Positions 11,019 to 23,253 of a stretch of DNA of 35,765 nucleotides are shown one piece after another; positions within the stretch are counted from its first letter, which is position 1, and each line of letters begins with the position of its first letter. This DNA comes from Paramoeba atlantica. Lineage: Eukaryota > Protista > Discosea. The position numbers were made by a program, and so were the translations under genes. Location: contig CDRNVI010000204.1 in NCBI GenBank assembly GCA_977017575.1, positions 1 to 35,765 on the forward strand. Direction: 5' to 3'. The notes under the pieces are model-generated. The model searched no databases. It was given only the letters and a program-made list of their open reading frames with translations, and was not told the DNA's origin.

Positions 11019-13451
11019 ATGGGGAAAAAATCTTTGAAGGGAGAATTGGAAATTGCTCAGGAGGAGGGAGCTTTTGATCCTGCAGAAAGGTCTTCTTTTT
11101 TCTCTCTCTTTTTTTTCTTCTTCTCTCTCTTTTTCTCAACTCTTTTTCTAAACTCCCCTCCCCTTTTTCTTTCTCTCTCCCTCTTCTCTCTTTTTTTCTC
11201 TCTCTCTTTCAAGAGACAAAGTTCTCAAAAGAGTGGCACTTCGTTTCTTTGGCGCGTTATTGATTATGATGATTGTATTTGTGATTGTGTTGGCGTTGTA
11301 CTTTGGGGCCATGTGGGATCCTTCGACAAGAAAACTTGATATTTTGATTGTCAACAAAGATCAAGGGCTCTCTTTTGGAGGACGTTTTGAATTTTTTTAT
11401 TTTTTTTTTCTCTTTTTTCTCTTTTTTTTCTCATTTTGTTTCTCGCTTTTTCTCTCTTTGTTTTTCGATTTTATAAAAAGTTTCAAAAGCATCAAAACTG
11501 AGAGTTTTTGTTGAATAGAAAATCTCTCTCTTGGTGATATGGTCACCGATTTTCTTTTGAGTAAAAAGGTTTTTTTCCTCTTTCTTTCTTTCTTTCGGTT
11601 TCGAGAAATAAGAGAAAGAGAGACTTTTCTCCCCTTTGAGATTCTTTCTTTTCTTCTCTCCCCCTCATCTCAAATGATTAGGTTCTCGATTTTAAAGAAG
11701 ATTCTGATCCTCTCTCTCGAGGGCCAGATTTTGGGAGACATCGTGTTGTCGAATACAAAGATTGGGGCGTTTTGACCATTCCAGGTTATTTTCCTTTTTT
11801 TTTTTGATTTTTTTTTTGAATCAAATTGTTTCAAATAATAATAATTAAATCATGGTTTTTCATTCAATTGTCTTTAAAATGTCTTTGTTGTTCCAAGGAA
11901 AAAGAAATTGAATGCTCTTTTTCAAATAGAGAATTACACCGTTAGTTATGTTCAAGCTTTGTTTCAAGATCTTGGGGAATACGAGAATCCAATTCGTTTT
12001 GATTATAATCAAGGAAGACAAAAAACAACTGCTGGTTTGTGGAATAATAATTTTGCAGGAGAAAAGAGGGGGAAAAAAGAAAAGAAAAAAGAAAAAGAAA
12101 TTTCTTTCCAAAAAATTATCAAAATCGATGAATAGATTATGATTACTAATCATTCTCTTTGAAAAATAGATGCTGCAAAAAATATTGTTTCTGCATTGAT
12201 TGCTGGGATTAGTAAAGAATTAGCTATTAGAACCGTTTCTGGGGAAGTGCTTCCTTATAATTGTAGTGATGTCACTGCTGCAGCTGTTGTTGATCCTGTA
12301 ATCCATTTCATTTTGATTTAATTTATTTCATCTTTTTTTCTTTTCTTAAAAAATCATTTTCTTTTCTCTTCTTTCTCTCTTTTCGAATAGATTTATCTCT
12401 TGATTGTTGTTTCATTTCCTGTCATTGCAAACGGATACAATTTTATCACTTATATGGGTGTCAATATTCTTTGGACTGTCGCTGCTTCATTGTTAAATAT
12501 TTCAATGACTGTCACACATCCTCTTTTTAAACAAGTCCTTCTTTTTTCCCTCTTTTATTACTCTCATCTTGAAGAATGCTTTGACCTCTAACTCTTCTGA
12601 ATTTAGTTTTCTTTGACCGCAGTCCATGTCATTAGAACTGTCTGTATTTTAATTTGTTGCTTCTTTCAATCGTTATTCTTTATGAGCATTGTGGCAGGTT
12701 CTCTTCTCTCTCTTCTCTCTTCTCTCTTCTTCTCTTGATTTTTAACTTCATATCCTTTTATTCTCAGCTTACGCTGATGTGGATCAATTTGCACATTCAT
12801 TTGGGGCGATTTGGATGTATTTATTTTTTGTTTTAATCACCTTTCAAACTCTTCTCAATTTTTTGATTCGAATGTTGGGTGTTGCTGGACTGTTGTTATT
12901 GAGGTATTTTTCTTATTTTGCACTTTATTAATGTGGTTCCTAGCAAAAGAATTTGGTCAAACATCTCAAATTCTATTTATTTAGTCCTATCCTTGTTCTG
13001 CAAATCACAACATCAAATGCCATCATTCACACCGACATGATGCCTGGTTTTTACGGAACCCTTGGAGTTGGTCTTCCATTTTACCATGCAATTGAGGTAT
13101 TGTTATTATTCAAATCAAATCAACTTGATCTTTTTTTTTATTTGGATTTGGTAGGGTCTCAGATTTATGGTCATTGGACAAACTGATTCACGAATTGGCA
13201 CAAATATCGGTCTCTCTTTTTCATATTGTCAGTTTTTAAAAACTGCAAGTGTGTTTCTCAATTTTTTTCTTTCAGGAGTTCTCCTTGCTTATTTTGTTGG
13301 CTTTTATCTTCTCAATGCTCTGCTGTGGCACATCAAAGTCAAAAAATTTATCAAACAATACCAATCCGATACAGTTGTTGATGCGGGTACTTCCGCAGCT
13401 TTGGCGTTTCCTTCTGATCATGGAAAAGGATTTGCTGGTGCTTCATTTTAG
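11019..13451 (+). CDS. Multi-exon polytopic membrane protein, DUF3533/SNG1-like (YhgE/Pip-related)
   Basis: An N-terminal TM helix is followed by LYFGAMWDP...LDILIVNKDQG. The C-terminus reads TTSNAIIHTDMMPGFY...LPFYHAIE...IGTNIG.VLLAY. First intron is 11090-11213. Not all internal exon junctions were resolved. Confidence 0.65.
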
Positions 13452-13695
13452 AAAAAAATTTTGATCAAGAGCCATCGAAAGAATGGATCTCTTTTCCCCA
13501 AGTCGAAGGACAACACAAAAATATTTTTTTTCCTTTTTTTTGACTTTAAATGTGGTTTTGAGAGGAGAGTTTTGGCTTTTGTTTTGTGTTATTTTGAAAG
13601 GTCGAGCTTGTGAATCACAACAATGAGGGTTTTTGGGTGGTGATGGAAGAAGAGAAATGACACAAAAAAAAAATGCAATAAAATTTCATTTCTTC

Positions 13696-15842
13696 CTACA
13701 AATGAGGAACATTTTCGACTTCCCTTGCAGGAAGCATTTGGTTCTGTATTTTCTCTGCCTCTTCTTCTGTACATTGAAAAGCCGCTATCAAATTCTTTTT
13801 CTTTTCTTCATCATTTTTTTCACCAGTCTGGATGAGAAATTCTTGAGGAGGTCCAGGATATCCAAGAGATTGCCAGGCTTTAGTTGCAAATAAGTCTTTT
13901 CCTTTCATCATAGACGTTAACATAGATCCAATCACACCAACTAAAAAGGAGAAAAGGGTCGAATTTTTGAGAAAAACGAGGAAATCATATTTCCTCCCGG
14001 AAAAAAAGAAAAAAAGAAAATCAAACAATATGGAATTTGTCCTGCTCCTGCCTCTGGACCAATTGGGACAAGCATCGCACTTTCGACTTTCGAATACCTA
14101 AACCAAGAGACAATGTCAAAACAATCCAAAAAAACAAAATCAAAAATGCAAACGATTTCATTGGAGTCTTCGATATGGAGGCAAGGATATTTCTTGCAAC
14201 GACGTTTCTGTCCCAAATATAAATTTTGACAAAAAATAAACATGAAAATTTATTTGAAAGTAAAAGCAAAAGAGAATAGGAATACAATTTCAAGGTGAGA
14301 AGAAAAGAAAAGAAGTCAAATACCCTTGTAAACGAGCAGCAAAGCTAACTTTCTTATCCGCATCACAACAATCTCCAATTGCGAAAATATGTTTCCAGAT
14401 CAATCTTGGAGTTTCAACTTGCATATACTCATTAACATGAATTTCTCCCTAAAAAGAGAAAGAGAGAGTTAGAAGAAAGAGAAAAGTTGAAAACAATTTC
14501 CAAAAATAATAAAGAAAATAAAAACATGATCATTTACAGCTTTTTTTAGCGCCTCTTGATATGAACTACAATTAATATGAGATCCATTACAAAAGAAGAC
14601 AAGATCAGTTGGGATTTTAACTCCTGAAACTGTCATCGCAGAAATAGGACCCAATAAATATCGAGAGTTTGCCACTAAAAAAAAGAATAAGAATTTTTTC
14701 ATTCAGAAACAAAAAAGGAGACTCTTTCTTGATATTGCAAGACTCAAAAACTACTCGAGAAAAATCTTTTCAAAAAAGAATGAAGAAATACTCAACCATT
14801 CGCTTCTTCCAATGATTCTCCCAAAGAACTCAAATCAACTCTCTCATTCAACAACACTTCCACCCCTGTTTTTTTCAAAAGCTCCAACAATTTCTGACTC
14901 AATTTCAAATCAAGATCATCTCTTGAAGAAAGAAGACGATTTCCTGAGTGAACAAGAAAGATTTTTTTGTCTTGGTAAGAGAGAGAGATTTCTCCTGCAA
15001 GTTCAATGCCAACTGGCCCTCCCCCAATGACCAGGATGGTTTTGGATTTGACGATGTTTGCTAAGAGAGAGAGGAAAATGAGGGATAACCTCTTTCATTT
15101 CATTGTCTATAGAGGTATATTTTTCTTTTATCCTTCTCATTCACCACTTCCCCTCTCCTTTCACCCTCAGAAAAAAAAATTCCCCAAACCTCTCAAATCT
15201 TTGTACATCTCAGAAACCCTCATCGCAGAATCAAAAGGGATTTTGGCAGGAAAAGCATATGAAGTTCCTGTTGCCAATACCAAAAAATCAAATTTAATTT
15301 TTTCTTCATGTCCAAAGATTTCCACATACGATGAAGTGATGTTTGTCACATCTCCCTATTTTGCGAAGTTGTTGAAAGAAAAGAGAGCGAGAGAGAGAGA
15401 ATCAGAACTGACAGAGATCATTTTTTTGTTTCTTTTGCCATCTCCTTTGCTCTCTTTTTTCTTAAATCATCCTCAAAGTGATTTTAAAAGTTACCTTGAT
15501 CACAGAACCAGTTTTGAGAAGTTTGTCATATGGGATACAAATCGCTTTTTCGAAATCTGTTGTTGAACCGCTGGAAGCAAAGGAGTGAATCGGAGAAAGA
15601 AGAGGGGAAAAGTGAGAGAAAAAAATGAAACCGAAGTGCGCCAACGTTGTGAAAGAAATAGTCTTTTCTGTCAATCAAAACACAGTTTGCTTTTCCTTCA
15701 AGAGCCTAGTCTCGAAGAATTAAGCTTTTTTCTTGCAGAGAACGATTTTGGAGAAAAAAGAGAAAGAAAAAGAAAGAACCTTCGCACATTCAATCCCACC
15801 GTATCCCCCACCAACAATCACAACAACAGGTTTCCCAGCCAT
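13696..15842 (-). CDS. AIFM2: AIFM2/FSP1(AMID)-like FAD/NAD(P)H-dependent oxidoreductase, multi-exon
   Basis: Starts MAGKPVVVIVGGGYGG (first Rossmann motif). Further motifs: LIDRKDYFFHNVGALR, IPYDKLL, FDFLVLATGTSY, second Rossmann ILVIGGGPVGIELAGEI, VPIGPEAGAGQ, MKGKDLF. The 3' end is less certain. Confidence 0.82.
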
Positions 15843-16674
15843 ATCAATGGATCGAGATTGTCCTCCCCCCATTCTCCCCACACATCAGTTTAAACGGTCC
15901 TCTTTTCTCTTTCTTTTTCTCTTCTTTTTCCAAGAACCGAAACAAAACAAAATTAACCAGAACAAATTTTTTTCATCCCGTGTTCAATTCCCTTTCGGGA
16001 TTCTTTTTTTTTCCTTTTTTTTCTTTTTTTTTCGTTTTTTTTGTTTTTCCTCCCTCTTCTTCTCTTTTCTCTTCTCTCTTTCTTTTCTCTTTTGTCTCTG
16101 ATTTTTTTTTTGGGATCACATTCTTTGGAAAAAACCTCAAGACAGCTTTTTTTGTTTCTTTTTCTTCTCCATTTTCCCTCCTCTTTTCTCTCTTCTCTCT
16201 CTTCTCTCTCTTTCTTTGTGCCTCTCTTTTTGGTCTTTTTGGGGTTGTTTTTGTCTTTCTTCTTCTTCTTTTTGAGGTTTTTGGTTTTTGGGATCTCGTT
16301 CTCTCATCTTTTCGTTTGAATTGTCTTTCTTCTCCTTCTTCTTTGGTGGTTCCTCACTTTTTGAGAACTGTTTGTCTTTTTTCTTCTTTTTTTCTTTTTT
16401 TTTCTCAATTTATTGAAAAAACAATTCTCAGAAACCTCTTTCTCTCTCTCTCTCTTTGTGGGGACATCTCTATTTTCTTGATTGTTCCTCATTTTAATTT
16501 GTTTTGGGTCTCAGCAGTCTTTTTGTGTGTGTGTGTGTATGTGTTGGGTGGGCATAGTTTTGGTTTCGTTTTCTTTTTCTTTTTCATTTCATTCGAATTT
16601 TGTGTGTGTGATTTTTAATTGTTTTTTCCCTCCCTCACATTTCTTTTCTTTTCAATCCCACAGAGAGAGACAAA

Positions 16675-18822
16675 ATGAGTGAAAAAAGAGGAAAGAGAAA
16701 GAGAGGAGGAGGAGAAGAAACAGAATTAGAAAGTGAGAAAAAGAGAAAAACCAAAAGAGGAAAGAAAGAGAAAGAAGATGATGTTGATGTTGTTGTAATT
16801 GAAGATGACAATGTTGATGAAAAAGAACAAAGAGAAGATGTTCTTGGAAAGAGAGAAGAAGAAGTGATGACTAAAAGAAGAAGAAAGGAAGAAGAAGAGA
16901 AAAAGAAAAGATTTGAATGTGGAATATGTTTGGAATTGATGAGTTGGGAAAAAGAACCAAGGTTGTTACCTTGTTGTGCTCTTTCTTTTTGTACTCTTTG
17001 TCTCAACAAACTCTTTCTTCTTCAAAATCCTTCCTCTTCTTCTTCTTCTTCTTCCTCTTTGAAAGGAGTGAAATGTCCAGTTTGTAGAGAAGTGAACGAA
17101 TGTGAAAGCGTTGAAACACTTTCGATGAATTATTTGATTCCAGAAACGATTGATGTTCTTCTTTCTTCAAATTTGATTTCTTTCTCCCACCAACCAGGTT
17201 TTCTTTCTTCCTTTTATTGTGAGAAAGTTATTTCAAAGTTGAAAAACAAAACAATAGGAGATGAATCAGAATGTGTGAATTTCGAAACGTGTGGAAAACA
17301 AACTCGAATGTTTTGTTCTATTTGTAACATGTTTATTTGTGATTCTTGTGATCCATCTCACACTTCAACTATTTTCTCTCGAAATCACAAACGATGTGAA
17401 AGAGATGGTGTTGAGGGAAGAGGTGGAAGAAGAAGATTGGAAGAGGAGGGAGGGGTGGTGGGAGTGATGGGATTGGAGAATTTGAAGAAGAGAGAATGTT
17501 CAAAACATCCATCTGAAACAATCAGTGGATATTGTTTTCAATGTTCTTCTTTTGTTTGTCTTCGTTGTGTTCTTGAAACTCATGTTCAACACAATGAGAA
17601 AGTGAAATCGATTGAAGAAAGTATTTTGAAGAAAAGGAATGAAGTTGTAAAGGTTGGAGATAAATTGGAGAAAAGATTGATTGAGATTGAAGAAGAAAGA
17701 AAAAGGATTGAAAAAGAAATGAGAGAATTAGAAGAGAAATTAGAAAAGAAAAGAATTGAAAAGAAAGAAATAGAATTGGAGAAACAAGATTTGAGAATCA
17801 GAAAAGATTCAATTATTCGTTTATCCAACACACCAACAACAACAACAACAACAACAACAACTGATTGTGATGTTTCTCTCTTTTTTGATGATCAACTTTT
17901 TTCAACTCTTCTTCAAACTGCAAATGATATTGTTTCTGAAGGAGGTGTTGTTGGATTACTGAAACCAAAGAAAGGAGTGATTTGTTGTGATGGTGGTGGT
18001 GATTCTTTTCGTTTAGTTTCTTCTTTTCGTTTGAAGAATCAACCTTTAGGAGTGAGTGTGAACAGTGATGGGAATATTTTTGTTTGTGAATTTCGGGGTG
18101 GATTGAAAGTGAGAGATAAAGAAGGAAATGAGATGATTAAATCAACAATTCAGAAAACAATTGATTCACTTCAGTTGAAACCTTATGATGTTTCAATTGG
18201 ATTGAATGATCAAATTGTTGTTCTTGATTGGTCTCAAGATTCTCATAGAGTTGTAATATTAAACAAAGAAGGAGAATTGATCAAATCTTTTGGATCAAGA
18301 GGTTCTAAAGATGGTCAGTTTAATGATCCATATGGTGTGGATGTGGATGAAGAAGGTAGAATTATTGTTTGTGATACTTTGAATAATCGAATTCAAGTGT
18401 TTGATAATGATGGATCTTTTCTTCATTCTTTTGGTTCAAAAGGTTCTTCTGAAGGTCAATTTGACCAACCTCAGAGTGTTGTAGTTGATAGAGATGGGAA
18501 TATTATTATTTCTGAGACTTTGAATCATCGAATTCAAGTGATGGATATTGAAGGGAATTTTATTCGATGTTTTGGAACATTTGGTTCAGGTGATTCTCAA
18601 TTCGAATGTCCAAAAGGTGTTGATGTGGATGGGGAAGGTAGAATTGTTGTTTGTGATAGAGGAAATAGAAGAGTGAGTGTGTTTGAGAAAGATGGAACAT
18701 TTCTTTTTTCATTTGGTAAACATCACATGAAGAATCCTATTGGGGTTGTTGTTGATTCATTTGGAACAATTATTGTTTCAGATAATGAGAAAAAGTCAAT
18801 TCAATTTTGGAAATCATTTTGA
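16675..18822 (+). CDS. TRIM-NHL-like paralog c5; 2 exons, about 695 aa after splicing
   Basis: The 715-aa ORF includes an in-frame 60-nt GT-AG intron (17198-17257) at the conserved position. All RBCC and NHL motifs are present. Confidence 0.9.
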   Translation: MSEKRGKRKRGGGEETELESEKKRKTKRGKKEKEDDVDVVVIEDDNVDEKEQREDVLGKREEEVMTKRRRKEEEEKKKRFECGICLELMSWEKEPRLLPCCALSFCTLCLNKLFLLQNPSSSSSSSSSLKGVKCPVCREVNECESVETLSMNYLIPETIDVLLSSNLISFSHQPGFLSSFYCEKVISKLKNKTIGDESECVNFETCGKQTRMFCSICNMFICDSCDPSHTSTIFSRNHKRCERDGVEGRGGRRRLEEEGGVVGVMGLENLKKRECSKHPSETISGYCFQCSSFVCLRCVLETHVQHNEKVKSIEESILKKRNEVVKVGDKLEKRLIEIEEERKRIEKEMRELEEKLEKKRIEKKEIELEKQDLRIRKDSIIRLSNTPTTTTTTTTTDCDVSLFFDDQLFSTLLQTANDIVSEGGVVGLLKPKKGVICCDGGGDSFRLVSSFRLKNQPLGVSVNSDGNIFVCEFRGGLKVRDKEGNEMIKSTIQKTIDSLQLKPYDVSIGLNDQIVVLDWSQDSHRVVILNKEGELIKSFGSRGSKDGQFNDPYGVDVDEEGRIIVCDTLNNRIQVFDNDGSFLHSFGSKGSSEGQFDQPQSVVVDRDGNIIISETLNHRIQVMDIEGNFIRCFGTFGSGDSQFECPKGVDVDGEGRIVVCDRGNRRVSVFEKDGTFLFSFGKHHMKNPIGVVVDSFGTIIVSDNEKKSIQFWKSF

Positions 18823-18829
18823 AAGAGAT

Positions 18830-19870
18830 AGAGGTTTTTTCTTTTCTCTTTTTTTCTTTTTTGATTTTGATTTGTTTTATTTTATTTTTTTGGATCATTT
18901 TTTTCTTTATTTTTTCTTTTTGTTTCCTTTTTTGTTTGAAGAAAATTAAAAACAAGAAAATAATAGTTTTTCTCTTCTCTCCTCTTCTTCTTCCCCCCCA
19001 AATCAGCATCATTCTTCTTCTTCCAATTTTTGATTCAATTTTTTGATCCTTCTTCTTCAAAAATACTTTTCTTTGATTTTGTTTCTCCTCTTCATTTTTT
19101 GAGTTTTATTGTTGTGTGTGTGTTTTGTGTTTTTGTGAAAATTTTCTCTCTTTCTCTTCCTCTTCTCTTCCTCTTCTCTTTTTTTTTGATTGAAATTATT
19201 TTTCTTTTTTTTTTTTGTTTTCTTCAAATTTTGTTGTTGTTTTAAAGAAATGATTCTTTTTTGTTCTTTGGTGTTCTTGCTCTGTCTTTTTGTTGAGATT
19301 CCCATTTTTTTTTGATATTATTTTTTGTTCTGTTCCTTTTTTTTGTTTTCTCTTCTTTGTCTCTTTGTTTCTGTTTTCCTTCCTTTACCTTCTTTCTTCT
19401 CTGTTTTTTGAATTTTGCTTTTTGTCTCTGGTTTTGAGTGTGGTTTTTTGTTGTTTTTAGTGTGTTGTTTCCTTTGTTGATAGTTTCTTTTGGAATAAAC
19501 ACTCAGGTGGGTTCCCACTTAAGTTTCTTTCAAGTACATCCACAAAATCAGAAATAGAGAGGTGCAAACATAAATTTGAAACATAGAGGTGCAAATGAAA
19601 ATATCATAGGTCTTTTTTTTCTTTTTTTTGGTTGTTGTTGGGAGGGGGGAGAGGAGGAATTCATATTTTTTGGTTGATTGAATGAGAGAAACACAATTTT
19701 TGGAAAAATGAAATTTTAATCAACAAACAAATTGAGAAATAGTAATTCCACAAAAGGATCAAGAATTTGAGAAAATTCTCACCATCCCCACATCAAAACC
19801 AAACAAAATTGAAATTGAGAAATGAAGAAAGAAAGAGAAGAAAGAAAAGGATGAGGGAGAGAAGAAGAAA
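18830..19870 (+). repeat. Duplicated 3' flank of c5, inverted homolog of 33750-34560 (3' flank of c8)
   Basis: Examples: 18960-19110 versus 34200-34330, and 19650-19860 versus 33760-33950, match as reverse complements. Confidence 0.75.
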
Positions 19871-19989
19871 GAGATATCAGAAACAGACAAAGGGAGAGTG
19901 AAGAAGACAAAAAACCAACAACCCCAAAAAAGAGAGGCACAAGAAACGAAATGAAAGAGAAGAGAGACAAGAGAGAGAAAAACGAGAAT

Positions 19990-20067
19990 GAAAAAGTTTT
20001 TGGTGTGTTTTTGTGATATTTTTTTCAGAGGTTTAAAAAGTTTTGAATCCTCTTTTCGTATCCTTCC
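19990..20067 (+). repeat. Conserved ~80-bp non-coding block, copy B
   Basis: Differs from copy C by one indel and one substitution. Confidence 0.85.
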
Positions 20068-20072
20068 TTTTT

Positions 20073-20826
20073 CACAGCGGAAAAAAAGGCCCCTGAATTT
20101 ACCACTTCTACCAGAAAAGGGGGTCATTTGAAAAGGGGGTCTTTTCTGCTGCTACTTTCTTGAAATGGAGCAATCCCTTCCCCAAAAAAGGGTAAAATTG
20201 GTTTGGAAAGAAATAAATTTTATTTTTCAAGAGAAACCAATCCGTCCTTTGGAATGGGAGGATGGATTGGTTCAGGAGGATAAAAAAGAGGTTCTGGTTC
20301 TGTTTTGTCTTCGTGCCAAAGTTGATAGGCAATCACAGTGAATCTGACACCAGAAAAGTTTTTCTGGAAATGAAACTTCCTTCGCGAGAATTAAAATTTC
20401 GCTTTGTAACCGCGTACTTCCTATCAGGTTTTCGTTTCCCCATCCGAAAATGTCCACAAAAAAACTGGGTGTAAACTGTAGTTTAGATATCTGGGAATGA
20501 AAAAAAGATACCATTTTGCTCAGAAGTGATGGGCATTTTGAGATTTGGCTCCAATGGCAGAACCTCTCAAAAGGCCAAAAACCATCAAAATCAAACACAC
20601 ATACAAAGAAACCAAAAAACTAATTCGATCAGATTGTAGAGTATCACAAAAGAAACCTTGTTGTAAATTTTGAGCACTAAAAGGGCAAAAATCGAACACG
20701 AAAACCTTCCAACGGAAAACAAGGAATTCTGTGGCGAAGAAAGCAGGAAAACCACACGAAAAAAAAAGAAAGAAAAGTTGTCCACAATAGGGTCTGGTCA
20801 AATTCAGCACTGTTTTTTCCGCTGTG
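20073..20826. mobile_element. 754-bp non-autonomous TIR element (MITE-like, CAC...GTG termini)
   Basis: Perfect 14-bp TIR CACAGCGGAAAAAA at 20073-20086 and 20813-20826, extended by a shared CTGAATTT. The paralogous empty sites (4411-4430 and 30590-30610, inverted) have an uninterrupted T8 run here. No long ORF. Confidence 0.82.
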
Positions 20827-23253
20827 ATTTTTCTCTTTTTTTTTCTGTTTTTCTGTTTTTCTTTGTCTCTCTTGTTCTTTCTTTCTTTCTTTTTTTCTTT
20901 CCCTTTTTTCCTTTTGTTTGCTCTCTTGATTTGTCTGTTTCTCTCATTTTGTTGAATCTCTTTTCTTTTGTTTCTCTTCTTTGCTGAGATTTTGTTTGCG
21001 CTCCTCTCTCTCTCTTGTATTTCACGTGGACGTTTCATTTTATCCCTCTCTCAAACTTTTTATCATTTCTCCCTCTCTTTGAGTTTTATTTTGGGTAATT
21101 CATGAAACTTTAATAAATAAAAACATTGAGGAATAATATTCCACAAAGGATCGAGAATTAAGAAAATTCATCCACCCCAAAACCAAACAAAAATGAGAAA
21201 TGGAGAAAAAGAAAGAAAGAAGAAAAGGGAACAACACACTAAAAACAACAAAAAACCGCACTCAAAACCAGAGACAAAAATCAAAAACAGCGAAGAAAGA
21301 ATCCAAAGGAAAACAGAAACAAAGAAACAAAGAAGAGAGAGAAAAGGAAGGAAACACCATGGAAAATTAAAAACAAGAAAAAAAAGAGAAAATTTCTTTC
21401 ATTTTCCTCTAAAAGAAAAAAAGGAAACAAATATTAAATGAACACTTAAAAAAAAAAAAACAAAAGAAAAAAGAAAATCCTTTCTTCCTCTTTTTCAAAG
21501 TGATTTCCACAATCCAATTGACTTTTTCTCATAATCTGAAACAATAATTGTTCCAAATGAATCAATACCAATCCCAATCGGATACTTCATGTGAGGTTTA
21601 CCAAATGAAAAAAGAAATGTTCCATCTTTCTCAAACACACTCACTCTTCTATTTTCTGAATCACAAACAACAATTCTACCTTCCCCATCCACATCAACAC
21701 CTTCTGGATCGTTGAATTGAGAATCACCTGAACCTCTTGTTCCAAAACATCGAATAAAATTCCCTTCAATATCCATCACTTGAATCCGATGATTCCCACA
21801 ATCAGAAATAACAATATTTCCATCTCTATCAACTACAACACTAGAAGGTTCATCAAATTGACCTTCAGAAGAACCTTTTGAACCAAAAGAATGAAGAAAA
21901 GATCCATCATTATCAAACACTTGAATCCGATGATTGTAAGTATCACAAACAATAATTCTACCTTCTTCATCCACATCCACACCATATGGATCATTAAACT
22001 GACCATCTTCAGAACCATATGATCCAAAAGAATTGATCAATTCTCCTTCTTTGTTTAATATTACAACTCGACAACCTTGAAAATGATCAAGAACAACAAT
22101 TTGATCATCCAATCCAATTGAAACATCAAAAGGTTTCAACTGAAATGAATCAATTGTTTTCTGAATTGTTGATTCAATCATCTCATTTCCTTCTTTATCT
22201 CTCACTTTCAATCCACCCTCCTCTTTACAAATAAAAATATTCCCATCACTGTTCACACTCACTCCATAAGGTCCACTCTTCAAAGGAAAAGAAGAAACTA
22301 AACGAAAAGAATCACCACCACCATCACAACAAATCACTCCTTTCTTTGGTTTTGGGAATAATCCAACAACACCTCCTTCAGAAACAATATCAGTTGCAGT
22401 TTGAAGGAGAGTTGAAAAAAGTTGATCATCAAAAAAGAGAGAAACATCACAATCAGTTGTTGTTGTTGTTGTTGTTGTTGCTGGGGTGTTGGATAAACGA
22501 ATAATTGAATCTTTTCTGATTCTCAAATCTTGTTTCTCCAATTCTATTTCTTTCTTTTCAATTCTTTTCTTTTCTAATTTCTCTTCTAATTCTCTCATTT
22601 CTTTTTCAATCCTTTTTCTTTCTTCTTCAATCTCAATCAATCTTTTCTCCAATCGATCTCCAATCTTTACAACTTCATTCCTTTTCTTCAAAATACTTTC
22701 TTCAATTGATTTCACTTTCTCAATGTGTTGAACATGTGTTTCAAGAATACAACAAACACAAACAAAAGAAGAACATTGAAAACAATATCCACTGATTGTT
22801 TCAGATGGGTGTTTTGAACATTCTCTCTTCTTCAAATTCTCCAATCCCATCACTCCCACCACCCCTCCCTCCTCTTCCAATCTTCTTCTTCCACCTCTTC
22901 CCTCAACACCATCTCTTTCACATCGTTTGTGATTTCGAGTGAAAATAGAAGAAGTGTGAGATGGATCACAAGAATCACAAATAAACATGTTGCAAAGAGG
23001 ACAAAACATTCGAGTTTGTTTTCCACACGTTTCGAAATTCACACATTCTAATCCACCATCTCCTGTTGTTTGTTTTTCAAAAATTATGTTGAAATAACTT
23101 TCTCACAAAGGAAGAGAGGAATTAAAGTGAGAAAAAGAAAGAAAGAAAGAAAACCTGGTTGGTGGGAGAAAGAGATCAAATTTGAAGAAAGAAGAACATC
23201 AATCGTTTCTGGAATCAAATAATTCATCGAAAGTGTTTCAACGCTTTCACATT

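Noticed and set aside
7982-17257. In-frame, stop-free (3n) introns in c4, c5, LUC7 and 14-3-3-like as regulated intron retention
   Set aside because: About 5 of 13 inferred introns are 3n, close to chance. T-rich introns rarely contain stops. The orthologous intron is non-3n in c2, c6 and c7.
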